Of a stretch of 64,000 nt of DNA, positions 27,111 to 39,507 are shown one piece after another. A program made the position numbers and the translations under genes. The notes beneath the pieces are model-generated. The model had not been told where the DNA came from and made no database searches. It saw nothing but the letters and a program-made list of their open reading frames with translations. How positions within the stretch are numbered: position 1 is the first letter of the stretch; the number at the start of each line of letters is the position of its first letter. The DNA comes from Phaeosaccion multiseriatum (taxonomy: Eukaryota; Protista; Ochrophyta, other classes), in the NCBI GenBank assembly GCA_965112735.1, contig OZ218953.1:4402001-4466000 (forward strand). The letters run 5' to 3'.

Positions 27111-28456
27111 TGTGTGTGTAACTACTGTACTTTACACTCATAACTCTGAAGGGCCCGGAGATCCGCCTGGGGAACTTGGTGGACGATAAGCCTATCACGC
27201 TGAGCATGGGGCAGAAGCTCGAGCTCACCACAGATCCCGCCTTCAAGGACATCGGCACTGATGAGGTCATTTACGTCAACTACCAAGGAATAGGTGGGTG
27301 CGCTACCTGCCCTCTTCCATTCAGCTGCACACTGCTGCTGCTGCTGGTGGTGGTGGTGGTAGTGGTGGTGGTGGTGGTTCTCCCCTTTTTCATCCCCCTA
27401 TGGTAGTGTATGTTCTTCAAGTTCATCCTGTCCTTGACTTGTCTTATTTTGGCTGTTCTTGGCTCTTCTTCTGGCAGTGGATGCGGTCAGCGCGGGAAGC
27501 AACATTCTGCTCGACGACGGTCTCGTGAGCCTTGCCGTGTTGCCTCCCCTTTTTCATCCCCCTATGGTAGTGTATGTTCTTCAAGTTCATCCTGTCCTTG
27601 ACTTGTCTTATTTTGGCTGTTCTTGGCTCTTCTTCTGGCAGTGGATGCGGTCAGCGCGGGAAGCAACATTCTGCTCGACGACGGTCTCGTGAGCCTTGCC
27701 GTGTTGGACGTCAAGCCTACCCGTCTCATTTGCCTCGTGGAGAACGACGGAAAGCTCAAGTCGCGCAGAGGCGTCAATCTGCCAGGGGCCAAGGTACGTG
27801 GGGGGAGGAGGAGGGGGGGTCGGTGGTGGAGGTAGAAGAGGAGGGGGAGGAGGAGGAGGAGGAGGAGGAGCAGGAGGCAGCCCATGCTTTACCGCTTCAC
27901 CGCCGTGGCCGCAATCCGTCCTCTCTACTTACTACCTGGCCTGTCGCTCGAAAGAAGCTTATCGTACTGACTGTGCTGTAGCATCTGAGCACAATCCACT
28001 CTTCTCTCTCCTCTCCCTCTCCTATTGTGAACGTGTGACTGACTTGCTTCCTTCCTCACTCACTCACTCACTCACTCACTCACTCACAGGTTGACTTGCC
28101 CGCTCTGAGCGAGAAAGACATGCGCGACATTCGCTACGGCATCGAGAACGATCACGACTTTGTGGCTGCGAGTTTCGTGCGTAAGGCACAGGATGTGAAG
28201 GACATTCGCCGCTTCATCCACGAGGAGCACTTCAAGGTGGAGAGAGAAGAGAGGGAGGGGGGGAGGATGGAGGGGGAGAAAGAGGGAGAGGGGAAGGGAG
28301 AGAGGAAAGGAGAGAGGGAGGAGAGAGAGCGAGCACTCTAAGGTACACATACATACATCCCCTCTGCCTCCCCCCCCTCTTCTCCCTCTCCTCCTCCTCC
28401 TCCTCCTCCTCACCCACCGCTCCTCCTCCTCCTCCTCCTCCTCCTCACCCACACCC

Positions 28457-28487
<31 letters not shown>

Positions 28488-30797
28488 TGCAGATTTGGCC
28501 CGCAGAGCACCCCGCCCCTCTCATCGTGTCAAAGATTGAGAACAAGGAGGCCGTGGACAACTTCCAGGAGATCCTTGAACTCTCTGACGGCATCATGGTG
28601 GCCAGGGGGGACTTGGGGGTGGAGATTCAGGCAGAGAAGATCACCAATCTACAGAAGATGATGTGCAGAGAGTGCAACAAGGTGTGTGTGTGAGAGAGAG
28701 AGTGAGGGAGATTCAGGCAGAGAAGATCACCAATCTGCAGAAGATGATGTGCAGAGAGTGCAACAAGGTGTGTGTGAGAGGTTTTGTGTGTTGCGCGTGC
28801 CTGCAGCACGGGCTTTGTGTTGATACGCTGTGTCCTTCCCTCTCTCTCTCTCTCCCTCTCCCCCCCCCCCCCTTTTCCTTCTCTCCCTCCCGGGTTCCCC
28901 CCCCCCCCTCTCTCCCTCCCCACCCCTCCCTTTCCCCCCCTCTCTCCCCCCCCTCTCTCCCTGCAGGTGGGCAAGCCCGTGATCGTGGCCACTCAGATGC
29001 TTGAGAGCATGCAGCAGAACCCCCGCCCCACCCGCGCTGAAGTCAGTGACGTTACAAACGCCGTGTATGATGGAGCCGACGCGGTCATGCTCTCGGGGGA
29101 GAGTGCTCAGGTGCGTGGCTGCGTGTGTGTGCGTGTGCGTGTGCGTGTGCGTGTGTGTGTATGTGTCTGTGTGTGCGTGTGTATGTTTGCCTGTTTTGGT
29201 ACATACTTCGTAGTACTGTGTTTTTGGTGCGCTTCTTTTACTCCCCTTCCTTTTTTGTGCGATACTACTTGACTCACCTTGCCTCCCCTCCCCTTCTCTT
29301 CTCCTTCCTTCCTTCCTTCCTTCCTTCCCTTCCCTTCCCTTCCCCCACCGCCTCTCATCGCAACACACTGCACATGATACGACAGGGCAAGTACCCCGTG
29401 GAGAGCGTATTCATGATGAGAAGAATCATCAACGAGTCCGAGACGGGCCACGATCAGGGCCTGGGCTGCAGCAGCACCACAACCTCCACATCCAGCACCA
29501 GCACCATCACAACTGGCGCATCCCCTGCGGAGTCCGACGTCTCCGACCACTCGGAAGGAGTGGCCAGTGCTGCCGTGCACGCAGCGCACAGCCTGAGGGC
29601 AAAGATGATCCTGTGTATGACGAAGGAGGGGGAGATGCCCCGTAGGGTGGCGAAGTACCGCCCGCAAGTGCCTGTGCTGTGCTATACACGCTCCCAGAAG
29701 GTTGGTTGGATGGGTTGGTTGGTTGGGCAAGGGGGAGGGAGGAGGGAGTAGGCAGATAGACAGAGGGTAGACACACAGAAACAGAGAGAGAAAAAGAAGG
29801 ACGGAGAGACTGACTGACTGTCTGACTGACTATCTGACTTACAGAGAGCGCTATCCCCCGCCCCTCACTGATCCATCCATCCCTTCTCCTCACCATCCAT
29901 CCATCCTCCCCCTTCCACCACCACAGCGCGGCCGTCAGCTGATGCTTCACCGTGCCCTCCACGTGGTCATCAGCCCCCCCTCTGCGGACGACCTCTCCAT
30001 GGATGAGAGGCAAGCCCTGGCCGTGCAAGAGGCTCAAGAACTCGGCTTCTGCAAGGCGGGGGACACCATCATCATCGTTGGCAAGGAGGAGCCCATCGGC
30101 TTCGGGACGGAGTCACGCACCCTGCGAGTCTGCAAGGTCGGTGTTACTTGTGTTACTTGTGTGTGTGTGTTTGTTTGTGTGTGAGTGCATTTGTCGGTGT
30201 TACTTGTGTGTGTGTGTTTGTTTGTGTGTGAGTGCATTTGTCGGTGTTACTTGTGTGTGTTTGTTTGTTTGTGTGTGAGTGCATTTGTCGGTGTTACTTG
30301 TGTGTGTTTGTTTGTGTGTGAGTGCATTTGTCGGTGTTACTTGTGTGTGTTTGTTTGTGTGTGAGTGCATTTGTCGGTGTTACTTGTGTGTGTTTGTTTG
30401 TGTGTGAGTGCATTTGTCGGTGTTACTTGTGTGTGTTTGTTTGTGTGTGAGTGCATTTGTCGGTGTGTGTGTGTGCGTGTGTTTTTGTCAGTGTGTGTGT
30501 CTGTTTAGTTTGTCCGTGTGTGCATGTGTCTCTGTCTGGTTTTTAAAAACACACTCCGTGAATGAGGCCCTGCTTCATGCCATGGAGAGAGCCAAGAGAA
30601 GAGCGCGTTGGTCAGTCGTGTGCTGCCATGCCCACCATGCCCACCATACCAGCCATGCCAGTCCGCCCACCCGCCTTCAAAGTCCGTTCCTCACCCCCAT
30701 TCTTACAATCCCGTTACCTCATTTTGTGGGCGTTGTTTCCTTCCCATCTGCTGCCATCTCCCGCCTGCCGAACCACCAACAGGTCAAGCTGCCTTAG
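26263..30797 (+). CDS. PYK: Pyruvate kinase with N-terminal mitochondrial-type presequence, ~10 exons
   Basis: Motifs [95 protein letters not shown]. Exons ~26263-26592, 26776-26845, 27151-27293, 27642-27793, 28090-28236, 28493-28681, 28967-29110, 29386-29700, 29927-30136 and 30783-30797. Confidence 0.95.
27380..27706 (+). repeat. Perfect 164-bp tandem duplication spanning a 3' splice site of the pyruvate kinase gene
   Basis: 27380-27543 repeats at 27544-27706. Each copy contains the CAG acceptor (27477 and 27641) and the start of the exon. Confidence 0.92.
28621..28779 (+). repeat. 86-bp-period duplication of an exon end plus 5' splice site (pyruvate kinase)
   Basis: GGAGATTCAGGCAGAGAAG...TGCAACAAG|GTGTGT starts at 28621 and at 28707, with one synonymous difference (cta/ctg). 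Confidence 0.9.
30137..30470 (+). repeat. ~41-bp intronic minisatellite starting at the 5' splice site
   Basis: The unit gtcggtgttacttgtgtgtgtttgtttgtgtgtgagtgcattt is repeated about 7 times. Confidence 0.9.
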
Positions 30798-31161
30798 TGC
30801 CAGACCGACAGCAAGAGGAGCAGGAGAATCAAGCCGTGCTTCATCCATAGAATAAAGGAGGCTCTGTTATAAATGAAATAGCCTAGCTATTCGAGCTACT
30901 CGATTTTGACTCTATTCGAGCTATTAGATTTTGACGTGAGAGAGACGGGAAACAAAAGTACCTCCAAGTGGGGTTGTCAACTGTGTGGGTAGTAATTATT
31001 TGTCAATAAGAATAAACCCCGCCCCCGAACACCCTGCCTGCCTGCTGCTCCCTCCTTCTATCCGTCGAGGAAGCTCCTTCTCTTTGTGGGGAACCGCTCT
31101 CAAACCAAAGCGCCCCTTATTATATTAGTACCATGTATGGCAAGAGCAACAGAGTCGCGGT

Positions 31162-32697
31162 TCATTCGTCCCTTGCTTCTGCCGTATCATTAACTCCTGC
31201 TGCTACTACTGCTGTATCACCAACTGCTTCTCCTACCGGTTCGGGCGGCGTGGTGGCCGCAATCGCCAGCGCCCCAAAGAACAAAAGCGCCCCTGCGTAG
31301 CCCGGAGCGTTAATCTGCTCTCCTAAGAACACGGTGGCCACAAGCGTGTTCCACAGAGGGTTGGTGGCGTAGATGAGCTGTGCACGGGAGGGGCCCACTT
31401 CGTTCTGGGCAGTGACCTGGAGGAGAGTGGCGACTCCGTTGGCGAAGGCCTGGCGAGGGTGGAAGGCGGGAAGGTGGGCACAGGAGCAGGAAGTGGAGAG
31501 ATATGTATGTATGTGTGTTGTCTTGTCTTCTGCTGGTTGTTGTTTGGGTTTGGGATACGCGTGTCAGTCCAGGAAGTGAGAGACAAACCTGCTCACAACA
31601 CCTATATTCGGTTTCCTCTCTCCCTCACTCGCCCACGCACCCACCCCACTCACTCACTCTCTCTCCCTCCCTACCTCCCTCCTTACGTACCTCCCTCCCT
31701 TCCTCCCTCCCTCACTCCCTCACTAACTCACTCACTCACTCACTCACCCCGGAGAAGATGGTGACCGCCCCAATCAGCTTGAGCTCGTCCGGCGTGACAG
31801 AGACAAACCAATGTCGAATCTCCTCTGACATTGGCAGGTCAAGCTGACTCACAACCGCCAGAGCCGAGAAGGAGAAGAGGGTCTGGAAGAGGGTCTTGGA
31901 GGCAGTGAGAGGGAGCACCTTGGTACGACGGCCCCATATATTCACGCGAATGTCATAGCATGAGTACCAGAAGGCAGCTGCGAGGCAGAAAGCTGCGCGG
32001 AGAGAGTGTTGTTTTGGAAAGAGAACGGGCAGGAAGGAAGGAAGGAAGGAAGGAAGCAAGCAAGCATGATGGAAGAAAGTTCAATTTTCCTTGTCTTGGT
32101 ATGCACATCTTCCATACACCCATGCCACCCATGTGACAAACAGTCAACCAGTCAGCAACAGTGAAGAGAAGTCGCGACGAGCCTTCCAAGCCTCAAGCCT
32201 CTCCGGACAAAGGAATTGGTGTCAACCATCCATAGTCCCCTCCCCTCCCTCCCTTCCCTCTGTCCCTCCCCTCCCTCCGTCCTTCCCTCTCTCCCTCCCT
32301 CCCTCCCTCCCTCCCTCCCTCCCTCCCTCCTTCCTTCCTTCCCTTCCTTCCCCCCTCCACGCCTCACCGTTCCCAAGCAGGAGGTCGTGAAGCTGACCCG
32401 CGCTCGCGGAGGAGGCCCCGTCCACTGCAAGCAGAGCCACCCCTGAGAAGGCCATGAGGGCCGCCGTCCACACCTTCGTGCCCAGCTTCACGCCCATTAA
32501 GGACTAACCGGCGCAGAGAGGGGGATATAGACCCGTCGAGTGAGTGGCAAGCGTAGTAAGTGCGACAGAGAAGACCGATGGGCAGACAGACCAACAGACA
32601 GACAGAAAGACAGACAGACATAGACAGACAGACAGGCAAGTAGGCAGGTCGACAGACAGACAGACCGACCGACAGACAGACAGACCGACAGACAGAC

Positions 32698-32742
<45 letters not shown>

Positions 32743-33985
32743 GCAAAGCAAGACGTATGATGAGTGAGGAGAGTCTTGGACCACAGAGGGGGAAGAGGGT
32801 GTGCCTGGAAAGGCTACGCACCTGGGGTCACAAACATGGCGGAAGGAAAGGAAAGGGAGTCCTACCAGTACCCAGAGCATCCATTCAACACTGATATAGC
32901 ATTCCACCCACGCCAGTAAGCTCCTATAGACATCCTTAATTCCCTCTCCAGCACCAGCGCCAACCCCACCCTCACCCTCACCCTCACCCACCCACCTGCG
33001 CGATAGGCACCATGATTGTGGTCAGCTGAACGAAGAAGGCAGCCTGTGAAGACAGTGTCAGAGAGATGCCCAAGTAGTTAAAGCCCACCCCCAAGACCTT
33101 GTAGGCGCCGAGTTCGAGCCCGCCTCTGATGGCCTCCGTGTCCTTGAAAAAGGGGGTTCGCTCTTTTCTCGTCGGTATCACCATGCCCGCTTTGACTGCT
33201 GCCGCCTCAGCTGCGGCCACATCGGAAGCTCGCTTGGCTTCTTGCACGCCCCCCACGATGAGGACTGTGATTAAGGCCGACAGAGCAGAGCCAAAATTGA
33301 TGACGAAGGTTGGTGGGCCTTTGTGCACCGAAGAGTTGTGTGTGTGTGCGTGTGTGTGAATGTGTGTATGAGGGAGAGAGAGAGAGAGAGCGCGCGTGGG
33401 GGGGAGGTGGTGGTAAGAGGTCAGGTGTGCAGCTGAGAGAGGCGCACCACGATGCTACCGCTCCTCAAAGCTCCTCTGCCCCCCTGCCAAGCTGCACTCA
33501 CCGTGATCAACGGCGTTGTACATGTACCGCACAGCAGGAGTGTTCAATGCCCACATCCAGGTAATGACGAGGAGAGTCCCCAACGACTTGAGATACGAAG
33601 GGCTACTCAGCTCCTCCTCTTCGGGGATCACGATGGCGTTGGGGTCGATGCAGACCGACCCTGGGGAAAACTCCACCAAGCAAAACTCGTCGTCTTCATC
33701 CCCCCCTTCCAACAAATTCATCTCCTCCACCGTCAGCGGGGAGGGGGCCACAGCCACAGACTCGCGGAGAAGCGTCGCCTCCCCCCTCTCTACCTGCCCG
33801 TTCTCGCTCCTCCTTCGCTTCAGACCATTACCGCTCCTGCAGCTGTGGAAGGACGAGAGGCGACGTCTCTGTAGTCTTCGCCCACCTCGGCTCCAACAGC
33901 TTTGCATGGAGGAGAGGGGGCGAGGTGCCTGAGGCACAAAAGCGACCACCCCCAAGGGAACACCGACCACTAACAGTATCTTCAT
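31162..33985 (-). CDS. EamA/DMT-superfamily transporter with bipartite plastid-targeting presequence, 5 exons
   Basis: Presequence [21 protein letters not shown] motifs: [73 protein letters not shown]. Confidence 0.85.
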
Positions 33986-34331
33986 TGTACAGCTCCTCTG
34001 CCGGTAGGGTAGAGCTGTGGGGGGGAGAAAAATCGAAAAATCGCGGTGAAAAAGTCCATCTGTGACTCTGGGTATGTAGAACACGCGAGGCGTTTTTTCA
34101 CATGACGGCGCAAATTTTAGGGGCCCATACCCATAGAGGGCCCTTAGCGCAGCAGGGGAGAGGACAGAGAGGGGGGGGAGATTGCTTCGCCCTTGGTTTT
34201 TTATTTGTTGCTCAAGCAACGGTGCATGAAGGAGGGAAGAAGATGAGGAAAGGTCCCAAGACCTGAGGCTTCCCCCGACAGCCTGGAAGGGTGACACTAA
34301 CGCGGACAAAGGACTTCACACAACGAAGCAA

Positions 34332-36608
34332 ATGTGGCGGAGTAGGGGAAACGGGAGGGTGGGCTACAATGGTCCCCCTGATTATGAGAGCGGGGCCTGG
34401 AAGGGTGAGAAGGAAACGAAAGTGCGACGTCAGCAAAGGAGCAAAAAAGTCGTCTTTCTCCTCCTCTTTGTTGCCTGTGGGTTGCTGATGATTCCGATGG
34501 TGCTCTTTACGCGTAGAGGCACAGGTTCAGGGCATGCCTCCCCCATACTCCTCCGCTCTGCACGTGTAGATGACATCGCCGAGCTGGCGCGGGAGGCGGA
34601 GCTGGAAACGCTCAGGCGTTCCCTGGAAGAGGCGCAGAGCGAGAAGGAGAGGACGGCGGAGGACCTTCGTCTGATGCGCCAGTCGCTGGACGCGGTAAAT
34701 CGCAAGTTCCGGGAGCGGCAGGACCAGCTGAAAAAGGAAGACCGGCTTGATGTGGAAGCCAAGATGCTTCCCCTCGATCACAAGATAGAGGCCTTGGAGA
34801 AGGAGAAGGAGCAACTCGAAACCAAAGTGCTCACTCTGGAGGAGCTGGCTGAGGAGCTGCAGCGAGCGGGGAGGGGGGAGCCTGCTGTTGCTGGTGCTGG
34901 CGCTGCTGGTGCGGAGGAGGAGGGCGAGACAAGGCTGCTGGTGGACGGGCTACGCGAGCAGCTCGCTCAGGCGGAGGCAGCGAAGGCCGAGGCAGACAAG
35001 CAGATTGGCATTGTTGATAGAGCCCTCTCCGACTTGAGGCACTCCGTAGAGGACACGCACATTACCTTCAACTGCGACTCCAGTCCTTTGGAGGACGTAG
35101 AGGACGAAGAAATTGGAGGTTGGGGCTGCGATGTCTTTGAGGACATCTACACCAACTTCCCGGGCGAGCTCATCGGAGAGGGTTACTGGCGAGATGTCTA
35201 CAAAACCACCTTTCGGGGGCAAGACATTGTCTACAAGAAGATGAAGGAAAAGCACGAGAAGACGGACCGGAATGTCGAACGCCATCGCTGGGAAGCCGCC
35301 GCCATTTGGGCCGTGAATGACCACCCCAACATCGTCCCGCTGCTCGGCTATTGCAAGTACGACATTATCAGCCCGTATTTCCCCCAAAACTTGGAGGAGG
35401 TGTTTTTGGAGGGGAAGGAGGAGTTTAGCACACTTGAGATTTACGCCAAGGCGTTACAAGTGGCAAAGGGTATGATGGCTCTGCACACGCACCCGGGAGG
35501 CCCCATTGTGCACGCGGACTTGCAGCCTCGACAGCTCATGATGGATGAAGAAGGCGTGGTGCGAGTCAACGACTTGAATCGACTGCGATTTATTGGCACT
35601 CCTCGGGAGGGCAAGGATGAGGTGTGTGCAGTGTCGATGGGCAGATCGAACGGAGTGTGGAGGGCACCCGACGAGTTCCACAAAAAGTCCAAGATTACGG
35701 AGAAGGTCGACATCTACTCGCTTGGCATGATCTTTTGGAGCATGTACGGTCGAGAGCCTCCCTTCCCGAGGTCCAACACCGAGATTGAAGACTACTCTTA
35801 TCGCGATTGGATCAAAGTTGGGAACCGCCCTGATGTGGACTACAGGTGGCCAAAGCCCTTCACACAACTGGTGCGGCGAATGTGGCAAGAAGAGCCACTA
35901 AAGCGGCCGGGTATAGAGGAAGTGGTGGCGGAGTTGGAGATGATGATTGAGGAGGAGAAGCAGGACTTGCTGGATCAGGAGGAGCTGGCCAAGCAGGAAA
36001 GGGAGACGGAGGAGAGGCAGGAGGCAGAGGAGAAGAATAAGCTCCAAGCCGAGGGGAAGATGCGGTCCAAGGAGGACTTGCAGCAGGAGGAGCATGAGAA
36101 GGACAAGGACAAGAGGATGGAGGAAGAGCCCCTGTTTGAGAAGGCGGCGACAGAGGTCAAAGAGACCGTTCCTGACGCCCCTCTTATCCCCGTTGTCCCT
36201 CCTGATGTGCCCATTGTTGTCCCCGAGGCCCCTCTTGTTGTCCCTGACGTACCTGTTGAGCCTGCCGTGCCTGATGACGTGCCTGTTGAGCCTGCCGTGC
36301 CTGTTGAGCCTGCCGTGCCTGTTGAGCCTGCCGTGCCTGTTGAGCCTGCCGTGCCTGTTGAGCCTGCCGTGCCTGTTGAGCCTGCCGTGCCTATTGAGCC
36401 TGCCGTGCCTGATGACGTGCCTGTTGAGCCTGCCGTGCCTGTTGAGCCTGCCGTGCCTATTGAGCCTGCCGTGCCTGTTGAGCCTGCCGTGCCTGTTGAG
36501 CCTGCCGTGCCTGTTGAGCCTGCCGTGCCTGATGAGCCTGCCGTACCTTTTGCTGCCTTCGTCCCTAACGCTCCTCACGTCCCTGAGGGGGGTGTGGAGG
36601 AGGGGTAA
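34332..36608 (+). CDS. Single-exon type II membrane protein kinase-like protein (PKDCC/VLK- or POMK-like)
   Basis: Uninterrupted 758-aa ORF with an N-terminal TM ([20 protein letters not shown]) and a coiled coil. The kinase domain reads [41 protein letters not shown]. The C-terminus has VPVEPA repeats. Confidence 0.88.
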   Translation: MWRSRGNGRVGYNGPPDYESGAWKGEKETKVRRQQRSKKVVFLLLFVACGLLMIPMVLFTRRGTGSGHASPILLRSARVDDIAELAREAELETLRRSLEEAQSEKERTAEDLRLMRQSLDAVNRKFRERQDQLKKEDRLDVEAKMLPLDHKIEALEKEKEQLETKVLTLEELAEELQRAGRGEPAVAGAGAAGAEEEGETRLLVDGLREQLAQAEAAKAEADKQIGIVDRALSDLRHSVEDTHITFNCDSSPLEDVEDEEIGGWGCDVFEDIYTNFPGELIGEGYWRDVYKTTFRGQDIVYKKMKEKHEKTDRNVERHRWEAAAIWAVNDHPNIVPLLGYCKYDIISPYFPQNLEEVFLEGKEEFSTLEIYAKALQVAKGMMALHTHPGGPIVHADLQPRQLMMDEEGVVRVNDLNRLRFIGTPREGKDEVCAVSMGRSNGVWRAPDEFHKKSKITEKVDIYSLGMIFWSMYGREPPFPRSNTEIEDYSYRDWIKVGNRPDVDYRWPKPFTQLVRRMWQEEPLKRPGIEEVVAELEMMIEEEKQDLLDQEELAKQERETEERQEAEEKNKLQAEGKMRSKEDLQQEEHEKDKDKRMEEEPLFEKAATEVKETVPDAPLIPVVPPDVPIVVPEAPLVVPDVPVEPAVPDDVPVEPAVPVEPAVPVEPAVPVEPAVPVEPAVPVEPAVPIEPAVPDDVPVEPAVPVEPAVPIEPAVPVEPAVPVEPAVPVEPAVPDEPAVPFAAFVPNAPHVPEGGVEEG
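36249..36547 (+). repeat. 18-bp coding minisatellite (VPVEPA)n
   Basis: gtgcctgttgagcctgcc is repeated about 15 times. Confidence 0.92.
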
Positions 36609-37216
36609 CAGGAAGGAAGGAAGGAAGAAAGGAAGGAAGGAAGAGAGGAAGGAAGGAAGGAAGGAAGGAAGGGGGTCCAGCACAGGTGGAAGAGTGGTGG
36701 CGGCTTTTTGGAAGGGGTCACCGCTTCTTAATTTTGTCTGATATTATAGAATAGGTCGAAACAGGAAGAAGAAGAGTAGTCAGAACTTAAGGGATGGTAG
36801 TTTTTATTTATAATGTGCAACGCGCGATTGAAGCGCACTATTTACGGGTGGTCTCTTGTCTTGACGAGCGAGCTTCTCCCTCTCTCTCAAAAGGCACGTC
36901 ATGTGTGTCCCGACGAAGCGGCTTGAGAGCGTGAGGGTGCGGCAAGACAAGAGCTCGACAAGGCCGGCTGCTAAAGGCCTTGACGGGCCAACATGGCAGC
37001 ATACTACGTTTCTCTGCTCTCCTGCCCTCATCCTCTTACGCTGCTACTGCTGCTTGCCACTTGTCCCTCTGCTGCGCGTGGGGGCGCGTCGAGAAGAAAA
37101 AGAAGAAGAAGAAGAAGAAGGAAAAGGAGGGGGGGGGGGGGGAGGTGTAGGGGGAGGAAAGAGGAGGAGGAGGGGGAGGGAGGAGAGTGCAAGGCAGGCT
37201 GTCAGCCGCCGAGCAA

Positions 37217-39347
37217 TCAAGGGCACATGAGTGATTCCCTTGTATCCACCCCGGTAACGGGATTAGTGCCGGTGGCATCAGGGCGGGCACAAAGCTTCTT
37301 GACAACATCCTTGCGAAGGATGCAGTCGGAGAAGTCCGCGCCTTCGATGCTCTTGACGTCTGTGACGGAGGCCCTGGTCCGGCCGACGAAGCAGACGAAG
37401 CAGACGAAGCCGAGGAAAGGTAAGCAGCATGGGGCACGAAGAGAACACGGGAGAGCAAAAGTACGGGGTTGAGTGTGCATGCTTGTGTGTGTGTGTGTGT
37501 GTGTGTTAAATGAGCACAACCTCGAGCTCTTGTAGAGACAATCAATTCGAGAGGAGTCGCGCTCTCTTTCAAAAAGAGCTCCCTCCCCTCCAGAGATAAG
37601 AGAGAGACTTTGGCAGACGGACATGAGGGAGACAGGGACAAGACAGCTAGAGACAGGGAAGGGTGTACAAACACACACACACACACACAAGCACACAAGA
37701 AAGAGAGAGAGAGTACCTTACCCGAAGTAGGCGCCCTGCAGGTTTGCGTTGGTGAGGTCAATGCCGTCCAAGTTGGCGTCCTCCATGGTCATCGTCACGC
37801 CAGTCACGCCTTGAAGAGGAAGGGGGACAGGAGCAGGTGCAGGGAGGCAGAGATGACAGGTGGTGAGTGAGTGAGTGCCCAATGAGCGAGGAGCCTCTGA
37901 CATACATCGCCTCCGTCACCTGTGAAGTCCGACCGTGTAAGGTCTGATTTGAAGAATCGAGCCCCTGTCAAGTCCGAACCCTACCTCGCGGGGAAAGGAC
38001 AAGCGGCAACAGCAGTAGGAGTTGGTGATACAGCAGCAGGGCAGCCAGTGGGACATGCAAGACACCGCGGGCAAAGAGCGTATACAACAGTGGCGCAGTC
38101 ACGTCAGTGGTGCCTCTTGGCGGAGGAGTACAAAATTTGGGGGGGGGCTGTTGTCAGGCTGTGAGAGCAATGGAGCCCTGCTTGGAGCCCAGGGCATACA
38201 ACAGACGGAGCTCTCCTTGGGGGCCGAGGCTATAGGCCTCTGAAGCGTCGCTTACCTTGAACGAGACTTCTTGGGCGATGCACCCGGAGAAGTCCTTCCC
38301 CCTGTACTTTCCATTGGAAAAGTCCTACACGCAACAAGGGGGACGAGAGCGCAGAGAGGGGGGGGAGGAAAGGGCGTTGGCCGGTTGGCCGGGGGGTACG
38401 GGGTGTGAGGTAAGGCGTATGGGGATAGGGTATGGGGAAGAAGGGGGTGCACTCCGCCAACCTCTTCCCTCCGGTTTCTTCCCCTCCCGTTGCCCCTATG
38501 TTGCCTCGCCTATGTTCGTCTGCGCTGCCCGCTCCCCTTGTCGCCACCCCTGTCCCGTGTCTGGTCTGTACGTGCATACCCACGCACCTCTCCGGTGAGC
38601 CTGAGATTGGCATAGTCAAGCCCACCTCCGGAGACAGCCTCCGCTACAGGAGGAGTGAATACATGAGAAGGAAGGCCGTCCCCGCCTCCGAAGAGCACTG
38701 CCGCCCCTAGAACCAGCGAGCCAAGAGCAGCGCTGCCAGAGCAATGGGAAGGGGTGACAGGGATGAGATGGAGGGAGACATCAGGAGGGGTCGCACAGAG
38801 GAGTGACATCAGTGATGAATGGCAACTGAGCCGGCTATGGACTCCAATACGCTTCCTTGTTTGCCACCCTTTCCTCTTGTTTTGATGTACCACCTTTACA
38901 CCCCACACCCCAGTCTATACCTCCACGGCACCTCTGCTTTCCTTCACCATCTTCCACTTGGGCTATTCCCCACCTCAATCTCTTCTCCCCTCCCCCCCCT
39001 CCTCATTCTTTACTCCTCTCCTCCCTCATGTCAAACACACTTCCCCACTCACCCCACAGCCCTCCCCGTGGCGCCGCCGTCTTCCTCTGAAGCCCTCATC
39101 TGCAAGGGAAAGGATGATCCCCTGCTACTTCTCCCGCTGCTGCTGCTGCTGCTGCTGCTGCTGATGCCGCTTCCGCGTGCCTGGGCTCGCATTAGACCTT
39201 GGGGTGCTGTACAGTAACACGGACGGGGAGTTAAATACAAGTGCGAAACACGCAGAACCGCCTCGCTCGCGCTGCCTCACCGAATGCTTCGCCGCAGAAG
39301 GCCAACAAGGCCATTGACAGAACCGAAAGCAGGTGGGAGGGGAGCAT
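37217..39347 (-). CDS. Plastid-targeted pentapeptide-repeat protein (thylakoid-lumen TL17/TL15-like), ~7 exons
   Basis: Exon 1 [22 protein letters not shown] splices to APQG, giving an ASAFAP-like motif. Pentapeptide repeats are present ([30 protein letters not shown]). The C-terminus reads [33 protein letters not shown]. Confidence 0.88.
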
Positions 39348-39507
39348 CGCGAAAGAGCAATTGAACATGTGCGTCAACAACTTTGGAGCACCAACACGCC
39401 AACAAGCTGAGGGATTCTCCCTTTTGGTGAGGTTTTTTTGTTTTTTTCTTTTTTCTCTCTCCGGATTCTCTCTCTGGCGGGTGGGTGAGGGGCATATTGG
39501 CAAGGAG

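Noticed and set aside
30137-30470. Regular ~41-bp repeats as a CRISPR array
   Set aside because: There are no unique spacers and no cas genes, and the context is a eukaryotic intron.
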